This document shows positions 18,588 through 27,033 of a stretch of 28,065 nt of DNA, in pieces. The first letter of the stretch is position 1. Every line of letters starts with the position of its first letter. A program made the position numbers and the translations under genes. The stretch comes from a bacterium. Its GTDB lineage: Bacteria; Bacteroidota; Ignavibacteria; UBA10030. The DNA is taken from assembly GCA_043803945.1 (NCBI GenBank), contig JAZDJN010000096.1, positions 1-28,065 on the forward strand. The letters run 5' to 3'. Under the pieces are notes generated by a model, which was not told the origin of the DNA, ran no database searches, and saw nothing but the letters and a program-made list of their open reading frames with translations.

Positions 18588-19752
18588 GGAACGTTTCGGC
18601 GCCATTAAAAGGCGACTGAAAAAATATTTCTGTCCCCTTCTGCAGCTCAGAATGAATCCTCAGCGATCCCCCAAGGCTTTTTGCCCGCTCTTTCATCCCG
18701 ACTATGCCTAAGGGAAAGTGACCGTCCTGCGATTGATGATTGGTATGATCGAACCCCCGGCCATTGTCGGCAATACTCATTGTGAGGGTTTTATTTTCGA
18801 TGAGCAGTGTAATGGTCACTTCTTTTGCGTCGGCATGTTGTTCGACATTGTGGAGGGCCTCTTGAACGATCCTGAAAAGGACAATTTCCATCTGTTGCGG
18901 CAGTCGGGCGATCAAACCGGCATCTTCAAGAAGAATGTTGATTCCGGTTTTCTCCTGGAACTCTTCACAAAAATTCTCTAACGCCTTCTTGAATCCGAAT
19001 CGATCCAGGACAAGAGGTCGGAGCTTACCGAGAATCCGGCGTACTTCGATGATGGTTTGCCCCAGCAGCTTTTCAGCTTCATTCAATGAACCTCTTATGG
19101 CTTTGAATTTAGCAGGTTTCGACTTGTAGATCGTCCTGTTGATTTCAAGCTTAGCCGCATTGATGAGCGCGCCGATACTGTCATGCAATTCCCGTGAGAT
19201 ATACCTGTTCTCCTCTTCGCGAGCCAACATCACTCTTCTCGCAAGTTGCTTGAGATCTTCCTGCGCTGTATAGTGCGCGGTTATATCACGGAAATTTACA
19301 ACCACGGCCCGGACGGCAGGCTCCTGAAGAAGGTTATTCGCAGAGAACTCGATCCATCTCCAACTCCCATCCTTGTGCCGGATTCGAGATTGGGAACAAA
19401 TGAGTTGTGCGCTGGAATTTATGAGATGTTGACGAAACACCTCCATTCCCGCAGTATCGTCGGCATGGACAATATTCCATACCGAGAGGACGTTGAGATC
19501 CTCCATCGAATAACCGAGTATGAGCTGCAGCGATGGGCTCGCGAATATTATTCTCCCTTGTTCATTGAATAACAGCACGACATCGCTGCAGTGTTCGATG
19601 AGGGCACGAAACCGCTTCTCACTCTCTTCAATGATGGCGAGACGTTTCCGTTGCGATTTGGTGATATTCCACACAACTGTAACTGCCGATGCAATCAATA
19701 CAACGGTACCGGCAGCAAACATCACAAAAAGTTCTATCGGCGATAAAAACAC
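18568..19752 (-). CDS. PAS-domain sensor histidine kinase (HisKA_3, NarX/UhpB type) with one N-terminal TM helix
   Basis: PAS 'RFRALIEHCSD...RIRHKDGSWRW'. H-box 'ISRELHDSIG'. 'FRIVQEALHNVEQHA', 'IADNGRGF', 'LGIVGMKERA'. Start is probably GTG 19752 or ATG 19722, not 19914. Confidence 0.92.
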   Translation of the reverse strand: MFLSPIELFVMFAAGTVVLIASAVTVVWNITKSQRKRLAIIEESEKRFRALIEHCSDVVLLFNEQGRIIFASPSLQLILGYSMEDLNVLSVWNIVHADDTAGMEVFRQHLINSSAQLICSQSRIRHKDGSWRWIEFSANNLLQEPAVRAVVVNFRDITAHYTAQEDLKQLARRVMLAREEENRYISRELHDSIGALINAAKLEINRTIYKSKPAKFKAIRGSLNEAEKLLGQTIIEVRRILGKLRPLVLDRFGFKKALENFCEEFQEKTGINILLEDAGLIARLPQQMEIVLFRIVQEALHNVEQHADAKEVTITLLIENKTLTMSIADNGRGFDHTNHQSQDGHFPLGIVGMKERAKSLGGSLRIHSELQKGTEIFFQSPFNGAETFHEQKTN

Positions 19753-20369
19753 ACGAATCCCATGCTGTAAGAGATGTTCGTCAGTATCGTAATGAACGCT
19801 TGAACGCTGAATGCAAGCCGGAGTGTCTCCAGGGACACCTCGAGGAACGAGTTGCTCAATGCATACAGGAATACCATGCTCGAAAAGTATACGGTTGCCG
19901 TGGAGGAGATCCAAAACTCCGGTTGATGAATCAATTTGCCCTGTACTCTATCGGCGACCACGCCAAGTGTTTGTCCGGCAATGATTGCCAGGAGAATACA
20001 CTCCGTGCTTTTTGTGATGCTGTTGAATAATATCTTGTCCTCAACAAAGAAAAACATCAGCAGGCAAAACAGGGTGAAAAGCATAATAGAAAGATGAAGC
20101 ACCCTCTTTGCCCTAGTTGATACTTGCCAGGTGGCAAACAGCCACGCAAAGACTCCATATTGAATTGGGGTGAATAGATGAATAGTCCAGAGATTATTCA
20201 CGTCGTGTAGCGCAAACCAGAGCTGGATCAAAGTGAAACAGCAAGAGCACGATATATACACCAGGAATATTTTAAATCCTTTATTTAAGTGCCTGAACAA
20301 TAACAAACCGCTTGCCAGTACTACAAAATGCGAAAAGGCGGCAATGTGTATGTGGAGCGGTATAGACAT
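19734..20369 (-). CDS. Polytopic (~6-7 TM) membrane protein, possible receptor
   Basis: Hydrophobic throughout. 'NNLWTIHLF', 'PEFWISS...YFS'. AGGTG RBS. Overlaps or abuts the kinase start. Confidence 0.8.
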   Translation of the reverse strand: MSIPLHIHIAAFSHFVVLASGLLLFRHLNKGFKIFLVYISCSCCFTLIQLWFALHDVNNLWTIHLFTPIQYGVFAWLFATWQVSTRAKRVLHLSIMLFTLFCLLMFFFVEDKILFNSITKSTECILLAIIAGQTLGVVADRVQGKLIHQPEFWISSTATVYFSSMVFLYALSNSFLEVSLETLRLAFSVQAFITILTNISYSMGFVCFYRR

Positions 20370-20374
20370 TTCAC

Positions 20375-20689
20375 CTATCTACCGAGCGCACTTGCATCGT
20401 CGCACCACGGTGGGCAAGGATATGCCTCTTCAAGCAGGATTCCATCATTGATGTCATCTCCTTTTTCATTGATGCCGACCAACACAAACGATGAAGCGCC
20501 GTCATCCTTCCGGGCGTAATATATTCGCATTGCGACGCAGCCGGATTGATCGAGTAACTTCTGTAGGTATTCTTTCCAGAACCCCCCGGCCCTGACGGTC
20601 TCCTTGGGTGATGCATCACGATAATTCCTGGTAAGCTTACTCGCGATGGAGAGGGAAACAATTTGATCGGTCTTCTGTGGGAGTGCCAT
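20375..20689 (-). CDS. Small protein (104 aa) with C-terminal PCPPWC motif
   Basis: GGAGGA RBS before ATG 20689. 'LLDQSGCVAMRIYYA...FVLVGINEKGDD...AYPCPPWC'. Ends 5 bp before the next start. Confidence 0.8.
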   Translation of the reverse strand: MALPQKTDQIVSLSIASKLTRNYRDASPKETVRAGGFWKEYLQKLLDQSGCVAMRIYYARKDDGASSFVLVGINEKGDDINDGILLEEAYPCPPWCDDASALGR

Positions 20690-20779
20690 AGGATCCTCCA
20701 TTGGGAAATGAGTGAATGAAGCATGGGAAATGAAAATAGCTATTTACTTTGTTAACCTAAGTCTTTCTCCTCGCCTTCA

Positions 20780-20799
20780 CAATCCCAAGAACTTGGTAT
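20780..20799. promoter_or_regulatory. Palindromic operator, copy 1 (candidate NarL-type site)
   Basis: CAATCCCAAGAACTTGGTAT contains ATCCCAAG-AA-CTTGGTAT (7/8 inverted repeat). Minus-strand TAGGTT lies 20 nt downstream. Confidence 0.55.
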
Positions 20800-21078
20800 A
20801 TTTTGCTTATGTAATAGGTATGCTCTCGATGCAATCCTTCCATAAGAACAATCGATGCGGTTTCTGAGATATGGTCATAGAATCGTTCGAAGTTTATAGA
20901 TATCTGGCATAAAAATCAACGAATATTATGAGCAATTATACACGTAGGAGAAGCGCAGGATTCTCAATGGAAGTTGTTCATCGCAGGCATGAGCTGAATA
21001 ACGATGTATTATCAATGAAGAAATTCTTGGCATAAGGATTTTGAATACTGTTCATTGCGTAGTGATCTTTTTTACTCC

Positions 21079-21465
21079 TTACTCCTTTCCAGCTCTTGTG
21101 CTGCCAATGACACGGAACCTCTTCTCCAAATCCGCTTTGAGCGATCTTTTCAATATATAGTCATCTGCTTTCACTTCTGTTGCTTGAAACTTGTAGATAG
21201 GGTATTCGAAGGTTGTTGTGATAATAACTTTCACATTGGGCCACTTCTGTTTTATCAGCCGCGTAGCTTCAAGACCGCTGCAATGAGGCATCGCGATATC
21301 CATAAGCACAATATCCGGCATCAATGATTCCACCTTCTGTATCGCCTCCTCACCGTCAGATGCTTCACCCACGACTTCCACTGTCGGAAATTTCTTTAGA
21401 AATCCTTCAACGGTTTTGCGAAAATCCTCGTGATCATCGACGATAAGAATTCTGTTTATATTCAT
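21079..21465 (-). CDS. Stand-alone receiver-domain response regulator
   Basis: 'ILIVDDH', 'VLMDIAMP', 'DDYILK'. No output domain. Confidence 0.9.
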   Translation of the reverse strand: MNINRILIVDDHEDFRKTVEGFLKKFPTVEVVGEASDGEEAIQKVESLMPDIVLMDIAMPHCSGLEATRLIKQKWPNVKVIITTTFEYPIYKFQATEVKADDYILKRSLKADLEKRFRVIGSTRAGKE

Positions 21466-21664
21466 TCTCTTCACCACTCATTCCACCACGCTTGGCATTT
21501 CCAGTGATACCCCGGTGATCGAAGAAGGTTAGCGTAGAATCCGGGATATCTTGCTCATCAACCATATCCATTCCCTTCTTGAGCAGGGAAACACTCGATT
21601 CGATCATAGGGTCTCTGAAGAGGCAGCTAACCTGTTTCAATTTATTGAGCCATTGAAACGGATG

Positions 21665-21684
21665 CAATCCCCAGAATGTGGTAT
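21665..21684. promoter_or_regulatory. Palindromic operator, copy 2
   Basis: CAATCCCCAGAATGTGGTAT, 17/20 identical to 20780..20799. Minus-strand TAAATT lies 20 nt downstream. Confidence 0.5.
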
Positions 21685-21750
21685 TTATTTTTGAATGAGA
21701 AATTTATTAATTTTTATAAGCGAGGATACCCAAGAGAAAAACTCGACTAG

Positions 21751-21920
21751 CCGTTAGGAAAGGCAGACCTGCCAAACGAGTTTGAAAAATATTTGATGCT
21801 CAGAAAAAATAAAAAGGAATTCTTCAGCATGATGTTCGACATTACCAACCATCTGAGCCGAAGTATTAAAAGAGGTTCTTTAAAACAAACGTTTCTCCTG
21901 GCAGGATTGGAGGAAAGTAG
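21751..21920 (+). pseudogene. 170-bp direct repeat, copy 2: orphan fragment of a paralog of 5228..5863
   Basis: Encodes PLGKADLPNEFEKYLMLRKNKKEFFSMMFDITNHLSRSIKRGSLKQTFLLAGLEES. Preceded by an in-frame TAG, and homology ends abruptly on both sides. Confidence 0.9.
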
Positions 21921-22008
21921 ACTCTTCTTTTTGCGTAATATTACTTTGTAGTTAAACGATTTGATTCTTGATTTTATAGTTCTCACCGAGTTTAGCAGTA
22001 GCAAGGGA

Positions 22009-23136
22009 TTATATGAACAGATGAAACAAAATTTGAACATCAGTTGTATTCTTATCCAACACGTTATCCTTAGTGTATCGCACCATTGGCCGTACTTCCA
22101 TACCCGAAAGAGGCATAAACTCCACTCCTCCGGAATACCGTGAGATATATCCTGTTCGATACTCTGTATCCGGATCGAAGAAATCGTAAACAAATTTCAG
22201 GTCGAGACCTGGTGTCAGGAGGTAATCCACTTCAATCATGAACGCAAGCTGTTTTAACGACGCACCGTTCGTGTTGCGTTGCTTGCGCTCGGCATTTAAA
22301 CTCATCAACGCGGCGTTGCCCTGGATTCGTTCTACATCAGCGATCAAAGTGAGTCGATCGAACATGGTGATGGATCCAAATCCTCCGAGAAGATTTATTT
22401 TTTCCGCACCGGCAATATCGTTATAATGTGATACACCGAGACTGACATTAGTACCGGCGATATTAAACCGCGCATCAGCCCTGCCGAGGACTGCCTTCGC
22501 CATATCAGTATCACGATCGCCGGACACTCCATTCGTTACGGCACCGGTCAGTGAGAAAGGCCCTGTTGCATATCCGGCTTCGATACCAACTTGCTGGCCT
22601 TCGTTATTGCGAAATGGGGTAGCTTCTCGGATAGCGGAAGTATGATCATCGTATCGCAAACCGTAAGAAGGCGTGAATCTTCCGACTTTGAGATAGCCCC
22701 CCTCGATGATCTTCGCAATTCCAAAAACCTCATAGCGATTAGCTTGTCCAAATGCAGGATTAATATAGAGGTTCACCTTCTTTGAGACTGTAAGATTCAG
22801 ATAGACATCAGCCTGCATTGGAAAAAAAGAACTCCGTGAAGCGTCAGGATTGTTCTTCGTTTGGTAGAACGCCAGGAATCTGAAATCTACTCCATAGGAG
22901 AAGAAGTCACTCAATTTGGGAGAGAAACCCTGGAGCCCGGATGCTTCAGCAGTAGATTTCGAAATCAGATCTTCCTGACCGTACGATACACCAAATGGTG
23001 TCCGCATGCCACCGCCGGTGGGATTGACATGGCAGGACTGACAAGAATACCCTGTGCGGCTGGCAAACCGTGGTAGTGAATATCCGGATTGAAACAGAAG
23101 CAATCCCAATACGAGAGTTATTACCGATCGTTTCAT
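22009..23136 (-). CDS. Monoheme cytochrome c fused to outer-membrane beta-barrel (Cyc2-like architecture)
   Basis: Signal peptide, then 'LPRFASRTGYSCQSCH', then alternating amphipathic strands ending 'VQILFHLFI'. Start moved to ATG 23136. Confidence 0.75.
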   Translation of the reverse strand: MKRSVITLVLGLLLFQSGYSLPRFASRTGYSCQSCHVNPTGGGMRTPFGVSYGQEDLISKSTAEASGLQGFSPKLSDFFSYGVDFRFLAFYQTKNNPDASRSSFFPMQADVYLNLTVSKKVNLYINPAFGQANRYEVFGIAKIIEGGYLKVGRFTPSYGLRYDDHTSAIREATPFRNNEGQQVGIEAGYATGPFSLTGAVTNGVSGDRDTDMAKAVLGRADARFNIAGTNVSLGVSHYNDIAGAEKINLLGGFGSITMFDRLTLIADVERIQGNAALMSLNAERKQRNTNGASLKQLAFMIEVDYLLTPGLDLKFVYDFFDPDTEYRTGYISRYSGGVEFMPLSGMEVRPMVRYTKDNVLDKNTTDVQILFHLFI

Positions 23137-23316
23137 AATTCTACCTTTGAGAAAATGAACTGATTCAGGAAATGAATATCTCAGTCTAACGAAAAGCGCC
23201 ATGATATTCAACTTCGGAAATCCCGGGATGGTTCCTCTGAGAATGATCCATGAATTACTCTCTTATGTTACGCATCGAGCATCGTATAAATGGATAAAGA
23301 GAAAGATTCGCCGCCC

Positions 23317-23332
23317 TGCCTGCCGGCAGGCA
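23317..23332. repeat. Perfect 16-bp palindrome (REP-like)
   Basis: TGCCTGCCGGCAGGCA. Confidence 0.7.
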
Positions 23333-23514
23333 AGTGCGCCAATAATAGGATCTATATATGTTCTTAGATAGGATCAGAAAATAATTCCCAATGCAACCTT
23401 GGAGTTTTGGCGTTCTTGGCGGCCATGATTTTCTCTTCTCTTTGGCTTGCTTCTTCCCGCTTCATCCTCTACATTGACAACGTTTTTACTGAATGTTGAA
23501 CAGTGGAGTTCGCC

Positions 23515-24684
23515 ATGACCTATCTTACTCATCTAGAATGCAGTGTTTGTGGTGATCGACATTCGCCGCATGAAATCCAGACCGTTTGCCGCTCCTGTGG
23601 GAAATCACTGCTTGCCCGATATGATCTTCAGGCTGCACGAAAAGCGTTAACGAGAGAATCCTTCCAAGGAAAGCCCTATTCGATGTGGAAATATTTTCCG
23701 TTACTGCCTATAGAGAAGGAGGAGCATATCCTCTCGCTTGGAGAACAAATCACTCCGTTGCTTGCTCTAAAGCGTCTCGGCCAGGATTATGGGATTAAAC
23801 ATCTCTGGGTGAAAGATGAAGGCCAGCTTCCGACGGGATCATTCAAAGCGCGAGGACTGGTCATGGCACTTTCAAAGGCGTACGAGCTGGGGATTAAAAA
23901 ACTCTGTATACCTTCTGCCGGCAACGCTGCAGGTGCCCTCGCGGCCTATGCAGCGAAAGCCGGTATGGAAGCAAATATTTTTATCCCGGAAGATACTCCT
24001 GAAATTAATATCAAAGAGTGCACGGCGTACGGTGCCCGTGTGGTTCTGGTTAAAGGTACAATCTCTGATGCGGCAAAGAAGATGAATGAAGAGCGGAAAT
24101 CGAATCCCGCTTGGTTTGATGTGTCGACGCTCAAAGAACCGTACCGGCTTGAAGGGAAGAAGACCATGGGATATGAACTTGCCGAACAGTTTGCCTACAC
24201 ACTGCCCGATGCGATTCTCTACCCGACAGGCGGCGGCACCGGATTGATCGGCATGTGGAAGGCATTTGATGAGATGGAACAGCTCGGATGGATTGATAGC
24301 AAGAGGCCGAAGATGATCTCGGTTCAATCAAACGGCTGCGCTCCGGTTGTGCGTGCGTTCAGAGAGGGAAAGAAAGAATCACAGTTCTGGGAGGGAGCCT
24401 CAACCTGTGCTTCAGGGTTGCGTGTGCCAAAGGCATTTGCCGATCATCTTATTCTTGATGCTGTCTATTCAAGCGGTGGTTGTGCAATCAGCGTTAGTGA
24501 TGAGGAACTTGTTGCCGCGGTGTATGAAGTATCTCAAAAAGAAGGATTGTTCATCTGTCCGGAAGGAGGTGCCGCGTTTGCTGCGCTCAAGTATTTATTA
24601 AACGACAAAGTAATCAGCGCTTTTGATACTGTTCTGGTTTTTAATACAGCATCGGGATTGAAGTACCCGGAGATAATAAAATAA
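23515..24684 (+). CDS. thrC: Threonine synthase (PLP fold type II)
   Basis: N-terminal CxxC/CxxC. 'KDEGQLPTGSFKARG', 'PSAGNAA', 'YRLEGKKT', 'YPTGGGTG', 'NTASGLKY'. Confidence 0.88.
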   Translation: MTYLTHLECSVCGDRHSPHEIQTVCRSCGKSLLARYDLQAARKALTRESFQGKPYSMWKYFPLLPIEKEEHILSLGEQITPLLALKRLGQDYGIKHLWVKDEGQLPTGSFKARGLVMALSKAYELGIKKLCIPSAGNAAGALAAYAAKAGMEANIFIPEDTPEINIKECTAYGARVVLVKGTISDAAKKMNEERKSNPAWFDVSTLKEPYRLEGKKTMGYELAEQFAYTLPDAILYPTGGGTGLIGMWKAFDEMEQLGWIDSKRPKMISVQSNGCAPVVRAFREGKKESQFWEGASTCASGLRVPKAFADHLILDAVYSSGGCAISVSDEELVAAVYEVSQKEGLFICPEGGAAFAALKYLLNDKVISAFDTVLVFNTASGLKYPEIIK

Positions 24685-24702
24685 TTGAATTAATGAACCA
24701 TT

Positions 24703-24732
24703 TGCGCCGTAGGCGCATGCGCCTCTGGCGCA
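24703..24732. repeat. REP-like palindrome
   Basis: TGCGCC-GT-AGGCGCATGCGCCT-CT-GGCGCA. Confidence 0.7.
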
Positions 24733-24794
24733 GAATCATTGGATCATTGTTCAAATCTAGTAATTTCTTAACATTTCATTTTTACGGAGTTGAG

Positions 24795-26147
24795 ATGAAA
24801 CGTATACTATTCGCATTGATGCTGGTAGCAATTTTCTTCGGGAGCCTCTTCTCTCAGAAGGCTCAAGTGAAAAATCCGCTAGTGGCAAAAATGATCAACG
24901 AGGTCTCGGAAAAGAATCTCCGGCAAATTATCGAGAAGCTTGTTTCTTTTGGAACAAGGCATACCTTGTCGGATACGATCAGCACGAGCCGCGGGATCGG
25001 TGCGGCACGGCGTTGGATTAAATCGGAGTATGAGCGCTATGCGGCACAAAGCAGCGGAAGAATGACTGTCGAGTTTCACGAGACTGTCATACCGCCCTCC
25101 GCACGCGTTCCGAACCCCGCAAAAGTAGTCAATGTCGTTGCCACACTAAAAGGAAGGGACGCCGGGACGCCGCGCGAACGGATTCTCGTCGTAGGCGGAC
25201 ATTATGACACACGCGCAAGCGGAGCGAATGATGTGGAAGCGGATGCACCGGGAGCCAATGATGACGGCAGTGGTACTGCTTTGGCAATGGAACTTGCCCG
25301 TGTCCTGAGCAAATACGAATTCGATGCGACGATTGTCTTCATTGCTTTTGCGGCGGAAGAACAGGGATTATTGGGAGCTCAGGCTTGGGCAGAAATGGCC
25401 AAGCGGAACAAATGGAATGTGGAAGCCGTTTTGAATAATGATATGGTCAGCAGTACTGTCGCCGGCGATGGGACAAAAGAAAATAAGTACATCAGAGTTT
25501 TCTCCGAAGCATTTGCCCCGCAGGATACGGGAGCGGTTTTACGACAAAAGATTTCTCAAGGATTGGAGAACGATGGCGGCTCGAGGTCGCTGGCACGCTA
25601 TATCAAAGAGGTTGGCGAGCGCTATGTACCCAAGTTTGAAGTGAAGCTTGTCTACCGTCTGGATCGATTTGGGCGGGGAGGCGATCACCGGCCATTTCAC
25701 GAGCGTGGTTTTGCAGCGGTGCGTTTCTGTGAACCTAAGGAGAACTACGATCACCAGCATCAAAACATCCGGACAGAAAACGAGAAGGAGTATGGGGATC
25801 TGGTGAAGTTTATTGATTTCCAGTACTTCACCAAGGTCACGAAAGTGAATGGTGCGGTGCTGGCAACACTTGCCCTTGCTCCGGCTCCTCCGGTCAATGT
25901 CAGAATGAGCACGCAGCAGAGCTACGATACCAACCTGCGATGGAATCATGTTCCAAGCTCGAATCCTGCTGGCTATCTGGTTCGTTACCGGGAAACATCG
26001 TCAGCTTTCTGGCAGCATGCTCTCTTCACAACTGATACCACATTGACTGTGAAAGCACACAAAGATGACTTTCTGTTCGGGGTGCAGGCGATTGACGGAA
26101 AAGGGAATGGAAGCCTAATTGTTGTTCCCAAGGTCGGAGCAAGATGA
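24795..26147 (+). CDS. Secreted M28-family metallo-aminopeptidase with C-terminal FN3-like domain
   Basis: 'GHYD', 'GANDDGSG', 'AEEQGLLG', 'LNNDM', 'GDHRPF'. Signal peptide from ATG 24795 with GGAG RBS. Confidence 0.9.
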   Translation: MKRILFALMLVAIFFGSLFSQKAQVKNPLVAKMINEVSEKNLRQIIEKLVSFGTRHTLSDTISTSRGIGAARRWIKSEYERYAAQSSGRMTVEFHETVIPPSARVPNPAKVVNVVATLKGRDAGTPRERILVVGGHYDTRASGANDVEADAPGANDDGSGTALAMELARVLSKYEFDATIVFIAFAAEEQGLLGAQAWAEMAKRNKWNVEAVLNNDMVSSTVAGDGTKENKYIRVFSEAFAPQDTGAVLRQKISQGLENDGGSRSLARYIKEVGERYVPKFEVKLVYRLDRFGRGGDHRPFHERGFAAVRFCEPKENYDHQHQNIRTENEKEYGDLVKFIDFQYFTKVTKVNGAVLATLALAPAPPVNVRMSTQQSYDTNLRWNHVPSSNPAGYLVRYRETSSAFWQHALFTTDTTLTVKAHKDDFLFGVQAIDGKGNGSLIVVPKVGAR

Positions 26148-26249
26148 TCTTCTGAAGTATCATAGTTGATTAAGGAGGATCTTTTTGAGTGATAACATTC
26201 TTGAGGAAAATATTGTATTTTGTTGATGGTTTGTAAGGAGAAGGATGCA

Positions 26250-26492
26250 ATGTTAACGAAAACTAAGACACACATTAAAATACCAAAACGAGAGTGGGAA
26301 AAGATGAGACACAATCCCTTTCTGTTTGATATTGTTGAGTTGTTGGAGGATGCATCAGACTTGCGCGCTGCAATGAACGTCCGTGGTAAAGACCTTTCCC
26401 TTAAGCAATATCTTGAGAAACGTGGAATACGAAGTAATCATCTATCGCATTTAACATCGAAGAGAGGTATATCGATAACGAGCAAAGTATGA
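26250..26492 (+). CDS. Probable type II antitoxin-like small protein
   Basis: AAGGAG upstream of ATG 26250. 'ELLEDASDLRAA...LSLKQYLEKRG' resembles antitoxin C-termini. Overlaps a RelE remnant. Confidence 0.6.
   Translation: MLTKTKTHIKIPKREWEKMRHNPFLFDIVELLEDASDLRAAMNVRGKDLSLKQYLEKRGIRSNHLSHLTSKRGISITSKV
26422..26478 (+). pseudogene. RelE/ParE toxin remnant (N- and C-termini fused, internal stop)
   Basis: GTG-start frame reads VEYEVIIYRI*HRREVYR*. Confidence 0.65.
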
Positions 26493-26529
26493 AGTGAGAT
26501 AATTTATTAACCATCAAGAAAGAGAATTG

Positions 26530-27018
26530 ATGAAGAATTATTATATGATTGCTTTACTTCTCATCATAATTCAATTGAGCGGAGTTTCTCAGGATAAAAA
26601 AGAACCGCTACCTCAGGAAAAGGAAACTCGCGTTAAATTCGATCCCGCCAAGGATCCGGAAAAAGATCTTCAGGAGGCAATCGGAACCGCCAGCAAGGAT
26701 GGTAAGCGCATTATACTCGATGTTGGCGGCGAGTGGTGTATCTGGTGCCATCGGCTCGATCAACTGTTTGCGGAAAACAAAGATTTAGCCGACTTCCTCA
26801 AAGAGAACTATGTTGTGGTCAAGGTGAACTACAGCCAGGAGAACAAGAACGAGAAGTTTTTATCGAAGTACCCGAAGATTCCCGGGTATCCTCATCTCTT
26901 CGTGCTCGACCGGCAGGGAAAACTGCTTCAATCGCAAGACACCGGTGAGTTGGAATCAGGGAAGAAGCATGATCTGTTCAAGGTGTTGACATTCCTGAAG
27001 AAGTGGGCGAAGCCGTAA
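26530..27018 (+). CDS. Exported thioredoxin-family protein
   Basis: Signal peptide. 'GGEWCIWC'. cis-Pro motif 'GYPHL'. Confidence 0.9.
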   Translation: MKNYYMIALLLIIIQLSGVSQDKKEPLPQEKETRVKFDPAKDPEKDLQEAIGTASKDGKRIILDVGGEWCIWCHRLDQLFAENKDLADFLKENYVVVKVNYSQENKNEKFLSKYPKIPGYPHLFVLDRQGKLLQSQDTGELESGKKHDLFKVLTFLKKWAKP

Positions 27019-27033
27019 ATGTTTCCTCATTTT

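Noticed and set aside
19753-19914. N-terminal extension of the histidine kinase in the ORF track
   Set aside because: It overlaps the upstream membrane gene by ~180 bp and looks non-protein-like. A later start fits better.
21434-21667. 77-aa ORF upstream of the receiver gene
   Set aside because: No motif is recognisable and its start overlaps the putative operator/promoter. A shorter peptide cannot be excluded.
21747-22193. 148-aa minus-strand ORF, and the similar 5563..5844 ORF
   Set aside because: These are antisense reads of the duplicated + strand fragment. The synonymous bias is in the + frame.
24693-24794. Arg-rich (Tat-like) N-terminal extension of the M28 peptidase
   Set aside because: It arises from translating a REP-like palindrome. 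The RBS and signal peptide point to ATG 24795.
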